Shown in pieces: positions 1-8,079 of a DNA stretch of 40,878 bases. The stretch comes from a virus. The translations under genes and the position numbers were made by a program. The stretch lies in the UHGV virus genome UHGV-0182401, one strand, 5' to 3'. Positions within the stretch are counted from its first letter, which is position 1, and each line of letters begins with the position of its first letter. The notes under the pieces are model-generated. The model had not been told where the DNA came from, searched no databases, and saw only the letters and a list, made by a program, of their open reading frames with translations.

Positions 1-10
1 ATGGTCCTCA

Positions 11-30
11 TTCCCGCCGAAATGCGGGAA
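11..30 (+). promoter_or_regulatory. nutR boxB-like hairpin (TTCCCGC-CGAAAT-GCGGGAA)
   Basis: 7-bp stem hairpin about 13 nt downstream of boxA at the window end; same core hairpin recurs on the minus strand in nutL. Confidence 0.55.
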
Positions 31-87
31 TACAACGCGCATAAGTTGATGCGCATAACTTCTTATTTGTTAAGGAAATACTTACAT

Positions 88-366
88 ATGGAACTTACAA
101 GTACTCGCAAGAAAGCGAATGCAATTACAAGCAACATCCTAAATCGAATTGCTGTACGTGGTCAGCGAAAGGTTGCCGACGCGTTAGGGATTAATGAATC
201 GCAAATTTCGCGATGGAAAGACAGCTTCATCCCCAAAATGGGAATGCTTCTTGCTGTTCTTGAATGGGGTGTTGAAGACGAGGAGTTGGCGGAACTGGCT
301 AAGAAAGTAGCCAGAATGCTGACAAAAGAAAAAGCCCCGAAGAACGGCGAATTCTTCGAGGCCTGA
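88..366 (+). CDS. cII: CII-like transcriptional activator
   Basis: Translation from the ATG at 88 aligns along its length with remembered lambda CII (shared QISRWK and [10 protein letters not shown] motifs); AAGGAAA ribosome-binding site upstream. The 1..366 track ORF is just the open frame. Confidence 0.8.
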   Translation: MELTSTRKKANAITSNILNRIAVRGQRKVADALGINESQISRWKDSFIPKMGMLLAVLEWGVEDEELAELAKKVARMLTKEKAPKNGEFFEA

Positions 367-400
367 TGTAGAAAGACTGGATCAATCCACAGGAGTCATT

Positions 401-547
401 ATGACAAAACAACTCAGTCCTTACCAGGACAAAATTCACAAACACATACTACGTGATCGCTTCCTGTCCAGCTTCAAGCAGCCTGGTCGATTCCGGGCTG
501 AGTTGGAAAAAGTGAAGCTGATGCAGAAGGAGAAAGGTCATGAGTAA
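401..547 (+). CDS. Hypothetical small protein (48 aa)
   Basis: ATG preceded by AGGAG; stop overlaps the start of the O-like gene. Below the ORF-track size cutoff. Confidence 0.3.
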   Translation: MTKQLSPYQDKIHKHILRDRFLSSFKQPGRFRAELEKVKLMQKEKGHE

Positions 548-1439
548 CATATCTAATCTAGCCGAAGCCAGAGAGGCCAGAAGGCTACAACAACCGCATC
601 AAAGCAGCGGTAAGGGGTATGCCTTGCTGCACCGTAAAATTATGGATGTGCCGTTTTACAAGGACGCAGAAGCTGCGCATCTGTGGGTTCACTTAATCCT
701 CAAAGCAAAGCATACGCCTGAGTATGTAATGACTGACGCAGGAGAAATTCTGGTAGGCAGAGGGAAGCTACTTGGCGGTAGAAACTCTCTGGCGTTTGAA
801 ACAGGACTCAAACCAGATCGCGTTCAGTACCTGCTTAGAAAGTTCAAAAAACTCGGCATGATTGACTGGGTTTCACACGGTAAATTCTCAGTTTTCTCGG
901 TAGAGAAATATGACGATTATCAGTCAAATTTTGTACCAGCAGATTACCAGCAAATTACCACCTCAAAGCCAGCAATACCAATGCCTGCAAGCAATACTGT
1001 ACCAGCAGATTACCAGCAAATTACCACAGATAAAGAATATAATAATATTATCTCTAATACTGACGTATTAGAGAGTACCGCAGCAGACAAAAAGTCTGAC
1101 AAGAAAAAACCTTCCGTTAGCTGTCAGGATGTTGTCGATGCTTACCACGAAATCCTTCCTGAAGCGCCAAGAATCCGCGCACTGAATGACAAGCGTAAAA
1201 ACCAGATCCGAACGTTCTGGCGCAAAGCCGGAGTGATAACCCGCCAGCTTGACGGGCATGGGTTCACGATGCAGGACTGGAGAAATTATTTGAGCTACGT
1301 AGGCGAAAATTGCCGATGGATGTTCGAAGAGCGTCCAAACCATCAACGCGGAACTGTCTGGCACAAAAAGGGATTTGATTTCCTGCTTAACGATAATACC
1401 TACCTGAAAGTTCGTGAGGGTGAACACGATGACCGATAA
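540..1439 (+). CDS. Replication initiation protein (lambda O / P22 gp18 functional analogue)
   Basis: Sits between cII and the DnaB-like helicase; carries internal direct repeats plus an AT-rich tract like ori-lambda inside O. Family assignment is by position and architecture, not strong sequence recall. Confidence 0.7.
   Translation: MSNISNLAEAREARRLQQPHQSSGKGYALLHRKIMDVPFYKDAEAAHLWVHLILKAKHTPEYVMTDAGEILVGRGKLLGGRNSLAFETGLKPDRVQYLLRKFKKLGMIDWVSHGKFSVFSVEKYDDYQSNFVPADYQQITTSKPAIPMPASNTVPADYQQITTDKEYNNIISNTDVLESTAADKKSDKKKPSVSCQDVVDAYHEILPEAPRIRALNDKRKNQIRTFWRKAGVITRQLDGHGFTMQDWRNYLSYVGENCRWMFEERPNHQRGTVWHKKGFDFLLNDNTYLKVREGEHDDR
932..1075 (+). repeat. Candidate replication origin: two perfect 30-bp direct repeats (932-961, 998-1027) with ACCAGCA/ATTACCA sub-repeats, then an AT-rich tract (1028-1075)
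   Basis: Repeats read directly from the sequence (TGTACCAGCAGATTACCAGCAAATTACCAC twice); each encodes [10 protein letters not shown] in the initiator. Confidence 0.6.
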
Positions 1440-2865
1440 TTTTTATGCGCCGCCCCATAGCATCGAGGCAGAGCAGGCGGTGATTGGTGGATTGCTTCTG
1501 GATGATGACAGCAGTGAGCGCGTCCAGAAAGTTCTGGCGATGCTGAAGCCTGATTCATTTTACAGCCGACCACACAAAATCATTTTCGAAGAAATAACCA
1601 GAATGCACCGTGAGCAAAAGCCAGTAGATGGCCTGACGCTTTTCGATGAACTGGAGCGTAAATCGTTAACTGTGTCTGTTGGCGGTTTTGCTTATATAGC
1701 TGAGATCGCAAAGAACACGCCAAGCGCCGCAAACATCGTTGCCTATGCAATGCAGGTTCGCGAAACCGCAATGGAACGCTACGCCATCAACCGCATGACT
1801 GAAGCGACGGAATTGCTCTATTCCCGCAACGGAATGACTGCGACGCAGAAGTACGAAGCTATTCAGTCGATTTTCACGCAACTGACAGACCATGCAAAAA
1901 CCGGATCGCGTCGCGGCCTTCGCTCATTTGGTGAGGTTATGGAAGACTGGGTTAGCGACCTTGAGAAGCGATTTGACCCGTCAGGCGAACAACGAGGAAT
2001 GAGCACAGGGATCCCATCGCTGGACAGGATGCTGTCACCGAAAGGTCTGGTGAAAGGCTCTCTGTTTGTCATTGGCGCTCGCCCTAAGATGGGGAAAACG
2101 ACGCTATACAGCCAGATGGCAATCAACTGCGCAGTGCATGAGAAAAAGCCCGCTCTGATGTTCAGCCTTGAAATGCCCGGTGACCAGATACTGGAAAAAC
2201 TGGTAGGACAGAAGTCAGGTGTTAACCCGAATATTTTTTACCTTCCGGCGACAAATGACGCTGATGACGGCTATCAGGGTGATTACGATGGTGACTTCAA
2301 CAGGGCGATCGAAACAGCCAATCGCTTGAGTGAAATCGACCTGCTTTACATCGACGACACGCCGGGATTATCTCTGGCTCAAATAGTCAGCGAAAGTCGT
2401 CGAATCAAGCGAGAAAAAGGATGTGTTGGCATGATTCTGGTCGATTACCTGACACTAATGACTGCTGAGAAGGCCGATCGCAACGACCTTGCTTACGGCA
2501 TGATCACCAAAGGACTGAAGAACCTTGCCAAAGAGCTTGATTGCGTTGTTGTGCTTCTGACGCAGCTTAACCGCGCACTGGAAAGCAGAACCAATAAACG
2601 CCCATTACCAAGTGACTCACGAGATACAGGGCAGATTGAACAGGATTGCGATTATTGGGTGGGGATCCATCGTGAAGGTGCTTTTGATGACAGTGTTCCA
2701 CCTGGTGAAACCGAACTAATCCTTCGTCTCAATCGTCATGGCAATACCGGCACGGTGTATTGCATTCAGGCAAATGGCTCTATTTATGACACAGACCAAC
2801 AGTCCGCTGAAATGCGCCGCCGTGAACGCGAGGAACCGCAATCCAAGAAGAAAGGAGGATTCTGA
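1429..2865 (+). CDS. DnaB-family replicative helicase
   Basis: N-terminal SIEAEQAVIGGLL motif and Walker-type GARPKMGKT typical of DnaB; start chosen at the ATG after GAGGGTG. Confidence 0.85.
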   Translation: MTDNFYAPPHSIEAEQAVIGGLLLDDDSSERVQKVLAMLKPDSFYSRPHKIIFEEITRMHREQKPVDGLTLFDELERKSLTVSVGGFAYIAEIAKNTPSAANIVAYAMQVRETAMERYAINRMTEATELLYSRNGMTATQKYEAIQSIFTQLTDHAKTGSRRGLRSFGEVMEDWVSDLEKRFDPSGEQRGMSTGIPSLDRMLSPKGLVKGSLFVIGARPKMGKTTLYSQMAINCAVHEKKPALMFSLEMPGDQILEKLVGQKSGVNPNIFYLPATNDADDGYQGDYDGDFNRAIETANRLSEIDLLYIDDTPGLSLAQIVSESRRIKREKGCVGMILVDYLTLMTAEKADRNDLAYGMITKGLKNLAKELDCVVVLLTQLNRALESRTNKRPLPSDSRDTGQIEQDCDYWVGIHREGAFDDSVPPGETELILRLNRHGNTGTVYCIQANGSIYDTDQQSAEMRRREREEPQSKKKGGF

Positions 2866-2895
2866 TGACCATCTACATCACTGAGCTAATAACAG

Positions 2896-2922
2896 GGGCT
2901 ATTTACACAGTAGCCCTTTTTT
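2896..2922 (+). terminator. Intrinsic terminator after the helicase gene (tR2-like position)
   Basis: 6-bp stem GGGCTA/TAGCCC with 9-nt loop followed by TTTTTTATT. Confidence 0.5.
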
Positions 2923-2949
2923 ATTGGATTAAGAACGAGGGGGATCCTG

Positions 2950-3162
2950 ATGGACACCGTTAACGGAATGTGTTCAGACGCACCGCGTGCCAAAAAATGT
3001 AAATGCGGAAAATCACCGACAATATTCGACATGGAGAACGGGTGCCAAATCTACTGCGCTAACCACGCTGCTGTGGCGGCCGCGAATTATCGCAGTGCGG
3101 TAACGGAGTGGAATAACCTGAAATCTGTTAGAGAGGGAAGTCATGAAAAAACTAACCTTTGA
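2950..3162 (+). CDS. Small Cys-rich hypothetical protein (70 aa)
   Basis: ORF with GAGGGGGA ribosome-binding site; five cysteines including CKC and CxxxC spacing suggest metal binding. Confidence 0.5.
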   Translation: MDTVNGMCSDAPRAKKCKCGKSPTIFDMENGCQIYCANHAAVAAANYRSAVTEWNNLKSVREGSHEKTNL

Positions 3163-3583
3163 AATTCGATCTCCGGCGCATCAGCAAAACGCTATTCACG
3201 CAGTACAGCAAATCCTTCCAGATCCAACCAAGCCAATCGTAGTGATCATTCAGGAGCGCAACCGTAGCTTAGACCAAAACAGGAAGCTATGGGCCTGCTT
3301 AGGTGACGTCTCTCGTCAGGTTGAATGGCATGGTCGCTGGCTGGATGCAGAAAGCTGGAAGTGTGTGTTTACCGCAGCATTAAAGCAGCAGGACGTTGTT
3401 CCTAACCTTGCCGGGAATGGCTTTGTGGTAATAGGCCAGTCAACCAGCAGGATGCGTGTAAGCGAATTTGCGGAGCTATTAGAGCTTATACAGGCATTCG
3501 GTACAGAGCGTGGCGTTAAGTGGTCAGACGAAGCGCGACTGGCTCTCGAATGGAAAGCGCGATGGGGAGACAGGGCGGCATGA
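3143..3583 (+). CDS. ninB: NinB recombination protein
   Basis: 146 aa, near-identical along its length to remembered lambda NinB ([27 protein letters not shown]...). Confidence 0.9.
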   Translation: MKKLTFEIRSPAHQQNAIHAVQQILPDPTKPIVVIIQERNRSLDQNRKLWACLGDVSRQVEWHGRWLDAESWKCVFTAALKQQDVVPNLAGNGFVVIGQSTSRMRVSEFAELLELIQAFGTERGVKWSDEARLALEWKARWGDRAA

Positions 3584-3762
3584 GACGACAGCGACGAAGT
3601 ATCACCGACATAATCTGCGAAAACTGCAAATACCTTCCAACGAAACGCTCCAGAAATAAACGCAAGCCAATCCCGAAAGAATCTGACGTAAAAACCTTCA
3701 ACTACACGGCTCACCTGTGGGATATCCGGTGGCTTAGAGAACGTGCGAGGAAAACAAGGTGA
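3580..3762 (+). CDS. ninD: Nin-region small basic protein (NinD/NinE family, 60 aa)
   Basis: [19 protein letters not shown]...; ATGA overlap with ninB stop. Which of ninD/ninE this is rests on gene order and is uncertain. Confidence 0.65.
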   Translation: MRRQRRSITDIICENCKYLPTKRSRNKRKPIPKESDVKTFNYTAHLWDIRWLRERARKTR

Positions 3763-3929
3763 TTGACCAAAATCGAAGTTACGAACAAGGAAGTGTCGAG
3801 CGAGCTTTAACGTGCGCTAATTGCGGTCAAAAGCTGCATTTTCTGGAAGTTCACGTGTGCTCCGATTGCTGCGCAGAACTGATGAGCGATCCGAATAGCT
3901 CAATGTGCGAGGAAGAAGACGATGAATGA
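3759..3929 (+). CDS. ninE: Nin-region small Cys-rich protein (NinE/NinD family, 56 aa, GTG start)
   Basis: GTG start overlapping the previous stop; CANCGQ...VCSDCC motif; no in-frame ATG upstream. Confidence 0.6.
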   Translation: MIDQNRSYEQGSVERALTCANCGQKLHFLEVHVCSDCCAELMSDPNSSMCEEEDDE

Positions 3930-4647
3930 GTTAATAAATGGCAATGCCATCAAAATGACAAGCATTGAAATCGCTGAGTTGGTAGAAAGCCGCCATAGCA
4001 ATGTAAAAGTATCCATAGATAGATTGGTGAAACGTGGCGTTATCAAGCCTCCTGCATTGCAGCACACTAACATAATCAATTATTTAGGTGTTATTACCGG
4101 GAAGCGTGATTTCTACGTCTTCGAGGGCGAACAAGGTAAGCGAGACAGTATTGTCGTTGTTGCCCAGTTGTCGCCAGAGTTCACCGCTCGCCTTGTTGAC
4201 CGCTGGCGAGAGCTTGAAGAAGCTGCGGTTAATATCCCCAAAACGCTACCAGAAGCGTTGCGCCTTGCTGCTGATCTTGCTGAGCAGAAAATGCAACTGG
4301 AAAACCAGCTCGCAATTGCCGCACCTAAAGTTGAGTTTGCCGATCGCGTTGGCGAGGCCAGCGGAATTTTGATTGGAAACTTTGCAAAGGTTGTCGGTAT
4401 TGGTCAAAACAAACTGTTTGCATGGATGCGCGATCACAAAATCCTTATTGCTTCAGGTTCCCGGCGAAATGTGCCAATGCAGGAATATATGGATCGCGGC
4501 TATTTCACAGTGAAAGAAACAGCGGTCAACACAAATCACGGAATACAGATATCGTTCACCACAAAAATCACCGGGCGTGGTCAACAGTGGCTGACCAGAA
4601 AGCTGCTCGATAACGGAATGCTGAAAGTAACAGGGGAGGCTGCTTAA
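3922..4647 (+). CDS. Roi/antirepressor-like DNA-binding protein (KilA-C/ANT-type C-terminal domain)
   Basis: 241 aa; position in nin region and domain pattern resemble HK022 Roi and phage antirepressors. Confidence 0.6.
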   Translation: MNELINGNAIKMTSIEIAELVESRHSNVKVSIDRLVKRGVIKPPALQHTNIINYLGVITGKRDFYVFEGEQGKRDSIVVVAQLSPEFTARLVDRWRELEEAAVNIPKTLPEALRLAADLAEQKMQLENQLAIAAPKVEFADRVGEASGILIGNFAKVVGIGQNKLFAWMRDHKILIASGSRRNVPMQEYMDRGYFTVKETAVNTNHGIQISFTTKITGRGQQWLTRKLLDNGMLKVTGEAA

Positions 4648-4937
4648 TGGCTAACCTACGCAAAGAAGCGCGCGGCAGAGAATGCCAGGTACGTATTTAC
4701 GGCGTATGCAATGGCAACCCTGAAACTACAGTTCTGGCACATTACCGGATGGCTGGAATTTGCGGAACGGGAATGAAGCCTGACGACCTGATCGGCGCAT
4801 GGGCTTGTAGTGACTGCCACGCGGAGATCGACCGACGCACCCATAATCTCGACAACAAAGACGCCAGACTTTACCACCTCGAAGGCGTAATCAGGACGCA
4901 GGCGATACTGCTGAAGGAGGGGAAGATTAAGTCATGA
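4647..4937 (+). CDS. ybcO: YbcO-like protein (DUF1364)
   Basis: 96 aa, MANLRKEARGRECQVRIYGVCNGNPET... closely matches remembered DLP12 YbcO; same position upstream of rusA. Confidence 0.75.
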   Translation: MANLRKEARGRECQVRIYGVCNGNPETTVLAHYRMAGICGTGMKPDDLIGAWACSDCHAEIDRRTHNLDNKDARLYHLEGVIRTQAILLKEGKIKS

Positions 4938-5296
4938 ACGAATATCAGTTTGTGCTTCCTTACCCGCCGTCGGTGAACACCTACTGGCGAAGACGGGGAA
5001 GCCAATACTACATCAGCGATAAAGGCCAGAAATACCGAAAAGACGTTCAGCAAATCATCCGCCAACTCAAGTTAGACATTTTCACCAAATCACGACTCCG
5101 CATCAAAGTCATCGCAGACGTTCCAGACTCCCGCCGCCGCGACCTCGACAACATCCTGAAAAGTTTACTCGACTCCCTTATCCACGCCGGATTTGCGGAA
5201 GACGACGAGCAATTCGATGACATTCGCGTAATTCGTGGTGTGAAAGTACCAGGTGGAAGACTTGGAATAAAAATCACCGAACTGGAGAACGCATGA
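4934..5296 (+). CDS. rusA: RusA Holliday-junction resolvase
   Basis: 120 aa with the conserved RRRDLDN motif and overall match to RusA. Confidence 0.9.
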   Translation: MNEYQFVLPYPPSVNTYWRRRGSQYYISDKGQKYRKDVQQIIRQLKLDIFTKSRLRIKVIADVPDSRRRDLDNILKSLLDSLIHAGFAEDDEQFDDIRVIRGVKVPGGRLGIKITELENA

Positions 5297-5478
5297 ACGC
5301 CACAATTCAAACGATACCAGAGCTTCTTATCCAGACACGAGGCAATCAGACCGAAGTGGCGAGGATGCTTTCCTGTGCAAGAGGAACAGTGCTCAAGTAC
5401 AACCGAGACAGCAAAGGTGAGCGTCACGTAATAGTTAACGGCGTCCTGATGGTAACGCCAGGCAAAAAGGGAAGATGA
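5293..5478 (+). CDS. ninH: NinH-like small DNA-binding protein
   Basis: GNQTEVARMLSCARGTVLKY matches the remembered lambda NinH core. Confidence 0.7.
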   Translation: MNATIQTIPELLIQTRGNQTEVARMLSCARGTVLKYNRDSKGERHVIVNGVLMVTPGKKGR

Positions 5479-5996
5479 TGAGCATAAGAGAACTAAACCT
5501 CACCAAAGAACAGCACGATTGGCTGAATTGCTGGCTTGAACTGTGGGGCGCATGGGTTTATTCAGGTCGTCTGGAAAAGCGCATGAGCAGCGTAATAGCG
5601 AAGTTCATGGAGAGCGTAGAGCCGGGAAGAGTTATGACAAGGCCAATGTGCAATGATGATGATGGAATGTTGATTTCTCAGGTCGTCGATTCCGTCATGT
5701 ACATTGACAAGAAAGCCTTTGGCATCCTCCTCAGCTACTACGCTCATGGTTCATCTAAGCGAGCAATTGCATCCTACTATCACGCGACTGCAAAGCCACG
5801 CAAGATGTGTGGACGTGGTGGCGAGGGATGGAGAAAACCTTCACTGGCAACCTGTAGAAACGAAATTGACGACATCCTGAAAGCGTCGTTATTTGTTTTG
5901 TACCAGCCAATGCAAAATGCTTTCAAAATGCGTAAACGTGTTGAGAAAGTTAAGCATGTTGCTGTTAAAAGCCTTGACATGCAATTATCCATTTAG
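5475..5996 (+). CDS. Late-gene antiterminator Q (Q21/QuuD-like family)
   Basis: WGAW and CNDDDGMLI motifs resemble remembered QuuD; last gene before the candidate late promoter. Confidence 0.7.
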   Translation: MMSIRELNLTKEQHDWLNCWLELWGAWVYSGRLEKRMSSVIAKFMESVEPGRVMTRPMCNDDDGMLISQVVDSVMYIDKKAFGILLSYYAHGSSKRAIASYYHATAKPRKMCGRGGEGWRKPSLATCRNEIDDILKASLFVLYQPMQNAFKMRKRVEKVKHVAVKSLDMQLSI

Positions 5997-6013
5997 CCAT
6001 AATTAGAAGGTAA

Positions 6014-6056
6014 GCTGCCGTTAGTGACTCTTAAGTTGCAATGGTGGCTTTTTTTG
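6014..6056 (+). terminator. Possible terminator downstream of Q
   Basis: Imperfect 9-bp stem with G-U pairs and a 17-nt loop, followed by TTTTTTT. Confidence 0.3.
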
Positions 6057-6132
6057 TTTGCACAACAGGTAAGAGCATTGAACCCGCAGACCTCGCGGAA
6101 TTGGTGAAAGGTGCCGCGCAGTGCTCTTATCG

Positions 6133-6263
6133 TTGTGGTGAACTCAATGGCGAGCTAGCAGATAGGCGACAGTGAAAATACTAGTCATGTAGCTGACCGC
6201 CGCGCGTACTGCAATCGGCAGCGCACCGATGGAAGCCGGTTCGATTCCGGCCGCCACAACCCA
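6133..6263 (+). other. tRNA-like element: canonical T-arm (GCCGG-TTCGATT-CCGGC), 7-bp acceptor-like pairing and CCA end, but about 131 nt long
   Basis: GGTTCGATTCC T-loop at 6238-6248; 6133-6139 pairs with 6253-6259; CCA at 6261-6263. No canonical D or anticodon arm could be folded by eye. Confidence 0.3.
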
Positions 6264-6423
6264 AACTGAGCCGTAGCCACTGGCTATCCTGAATTCATCA
6301 GTGATAGTTACGCTGCGGCCTTCTACACATGACCTTCGTGAAAGCGGGTGGTTCAATTCTGCTGTCTTCTTCACGTTAAAAGAGGAATTAGGCTTCGAAA
6401 ATGCAAAAACTTGCAAAAATGAC

Positions 6424-6452
6424 TTGAAAACGAGTTTTGAAACTGCATAATT
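6424..6452 (+). promoter_or_regulatory. Candidate late promoter (pR-prime-like): TTGAAA-N17-ATAATT
   Basis: Near-consensus -35/-10 with 17-bp spacer, downstream of Q and about 80 nt upstream of a strong terminator. Confidence 0.5.
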
Positions 6453-6534
6453 CCTATATGCTCGGACGTCAAAGGCGAAAGAGCTTACCCACCAGCGAAG
6501 ATGCCTTGTGCGGAGCGGTGGGAAACACATTCAA

Positions 6535-6565
6535 GCCCTTGCAGAAATGCAGGGGCTTTTTTATT
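6535..6565 (+). terminator. Intrinsic terminator (tR-prime-like)
   Basis: GCCCTTGCA-GAAA-TGCAGGGGC hairpin followed by TTTTTTATT; immediately upstream of the cargo cluster. Confidence 0.65.
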
Positions 6566-6592
6566 GGCTCAGTGCCACCAGGTGAACACCGT

Positions 6593-7144
6593 ATGCACAC
6601 GGCGATCATTTGCGCTTCCGGACCTTCCCTCACCCACGACGACTGCCAGAAAGCCATTGGCGCTGGATTACCCGTTATTGCGGTGAATTCTTCATGGCGC
6701 GCGGTGCCGGGATGCTCTCACATTTACGCGGGTGATCTGCGCTGGTGGGATGTGAACATTCCCGCGCTGCCCGATGGCCCCGAACGCTGGTCATGTAACC
6801 GGAGAGCACACACCCGATACGGCGTGAGCCTCTTCCCGACAGATACCAGCGGCACATTCAATTCGGGGCAGAGAGCAATCCTGTTCGCTCACTGGCTGGG
6901 TGCCAGTAGCATCATCCTTCTGGGCTTCGATTGCTCAATCTCAAACGGTAGTCACTGGCACGGCGATCACACAGTCCTCGATAACCCGACAGCAGCGAAC
7001 GTAAAGCGCTGGCATGGCGAGTTTGCCCGGGTTGCGGCGCAGCTGCGTGGAAGCGTCAATATCATCAACAGCAGCCGCCAGACGGCGCTTAATTGCTTTC
7101 GTCGCTTACCTCTTGAAGCTGCGATCAGCGAGGTTACATGCTGA
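6593..7144 (+). CDS. Cargo protein of unknown function (183 aa)
   Basis: ATG with GGTGA ribosome-binding site just after the terminator; the 6437 track start would run through the promoter and terminator. No confident family match. Confidence 0.55.
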   Translation: MHTAIICASGPSLTHDDCQKAIGAGLPVIAVNSSWRAVPGCSHIYAGDLRWWDVNIPALPDGPERWSCNRRAHTRYGVSLFPTDTSGTFNSGQRAILFAHWLGASSIILLGFDCSISNGSHWHGDHTVLDNPTAANVKRWHGEFARVAAQLRGSVNIINSSRQTALNCFRRLPLEAAISEVTC

Positions 7145-8079
7145 ATCCTCCGATTTACATCGATGGCATGCTGGGAATGGGAGATACCATTTACCAGCGC
7201 GCTTTCGTCAAACAACTGCCTGCTGGGACATTCATTAAGACGGCATGGCCGGAGCTTTACGAAGATCTGCCGGTGAAAGTTGTCCGAAGTGACACCACGC
7301 TCAGAACGCAGCGTAAAAATGAGTTTCGCAGTTCGGCAAAGTTTTATCCGCCGCCATCGCCACGACAGACGAAGCGAATATTTTACGGACCGTATGATCT
7401 GCGGCGCGGTTCGATATTTGATGCGATGCGACGCCAGTTCGGCGTAACGCCAGCAGCGCTTGATTTGCCATCCTTTGGCCCGTCGCAGTTTACGCACCAA
7501 AAGCCGATCGCCGTTATCCGTCCGGCAACGGTTCGTTCTGAATGGCGTAGCGACTCCCGAAACCCTGACCCCGATTACCTCCTGCGCGCATCGAGAATCC
7601 TGCGGAAACATTTCTGCGTGATTAGCGTTGCTGATTTGCAGGACGGGGAAGAGTGGCTGGTGGGTGAAGAACCAGAGGCGGATCTGAAAATGCACGCTGG
7701 CGAGCTCAATATCAAAGAGCTGATGCGCCTGGTTGAGCATGCCGCTGTCGTGGTTACGCCTGTTGGCTGGGCGCTGCCCGCTGCCATTGCGTACAAAACA
7801 CCTGTTTACGTTGTCGCTGGTGGGCGCGGTGGGCATAACGCTCCCGAGATAGTCACCGATCCGGCGATGGATTTATCCCGCGTTGGCTGGGCAATCCCGG
7901 ACAATTATTGTCGCTGCGAAGCGTGGGATCACCATTGCGACAAACGCATCTTCAACTTTGATTCAAAATTCGAGACATGGCTGAATGAAGTCGTTTTATC
8001 AGGAACTGAACAGCGGGCTGGTATTCCTCCCGGAGCTGGGCATCGGTCGTTATCCGGTTCCGGCATCACGCCCGTATGA
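7138..8079 (+). CDS. GT-B fold glycosyltransferase-like protein (GT9/heptosyltransferase-like motifs)
   Basis: N-terminal GMGD-type motif and C-terminal VVVTPVGWALPAAIAYKTPVYVVAGG resemble GT9 motifs; 7-nt overlap with the upstream gene. Confidence 0.55.
   Translation: MLNPPIYIDGMLGMGDTIYQRAFVKQLPAGTFIKTAWPELYEDLPVKVVRSDTTLRTQRKNEFRSSAKFYPPPSPRQTKRIFYGPYDLRRGSIFDAMRRQFGVTPAALDLPSFGPSQFTHQKPIAVIRPATVRSEWRSDSRNPDPDYLLRASRILRKHFCVISVADLQDGEEWLVGEEPEADLKMHAGELNIKELMRLVEHAAVVVTPVGWALPAAIAYKTPVYVVAGGRGGHNAPEIVTDPAMDLSRVGWAIPDNYCRCEAWDHHCDKRIFNFDSKFETWLNEVVLSGTEQRAGIPPGAGHRSLSGSGITPV

Noticed and set aside
1-87. Start of the cII ORF at position 1, as given in the ORF track
   Set aside because: The first 29 codons cover the nutR boxB hairpin and have no match to CII; the ATG at 88 has a ribosome-binding site and gives a protein that aligns with lambda CII.
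2865-2963. 32-aa ORF with a strong AAAGGAGGA ribosome-binding site after the helicase gene
   Set aside because: Its coding sequence is largely occupied by a terminator hairpin and T-run (2896-2922), so the region is more likely a terminator than a gene; a micropeptide cannot be excluded.
6133-6263. Annotating the tRNA-like element as a functional tRNA gene
   Set aside because: It is about 131 nt and I could not fold a D-arm or anticodon arm, so it is reported only as a tRNA-like element pending a covariance-model scan.
6144-6530. 128-aa minus-strand ORF covering the tRNA-like element and the late promoter
   Set aside because: It spans non-coding regulatory sequence downstream of Q and reads as junk translation; no start context.
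6437-6592. N-terminal extension of the first cargo gene from the TTG at 6437
   Set aside because: The extension runs through the candidate late promoter and a strong intrinsic terminator; the ATG at 6593 has its own ribosome-binding site immediately after the terminator.
6967-7836. 289-aa minus-strand ORF antisense to the glycosyltransferase-like gene
   Set aside because: Arg-rich, low-complexity translation typical of an antisense frame in GC-rich DNA; the sense-strand gene has recognisable enzyme motifs and operon context.
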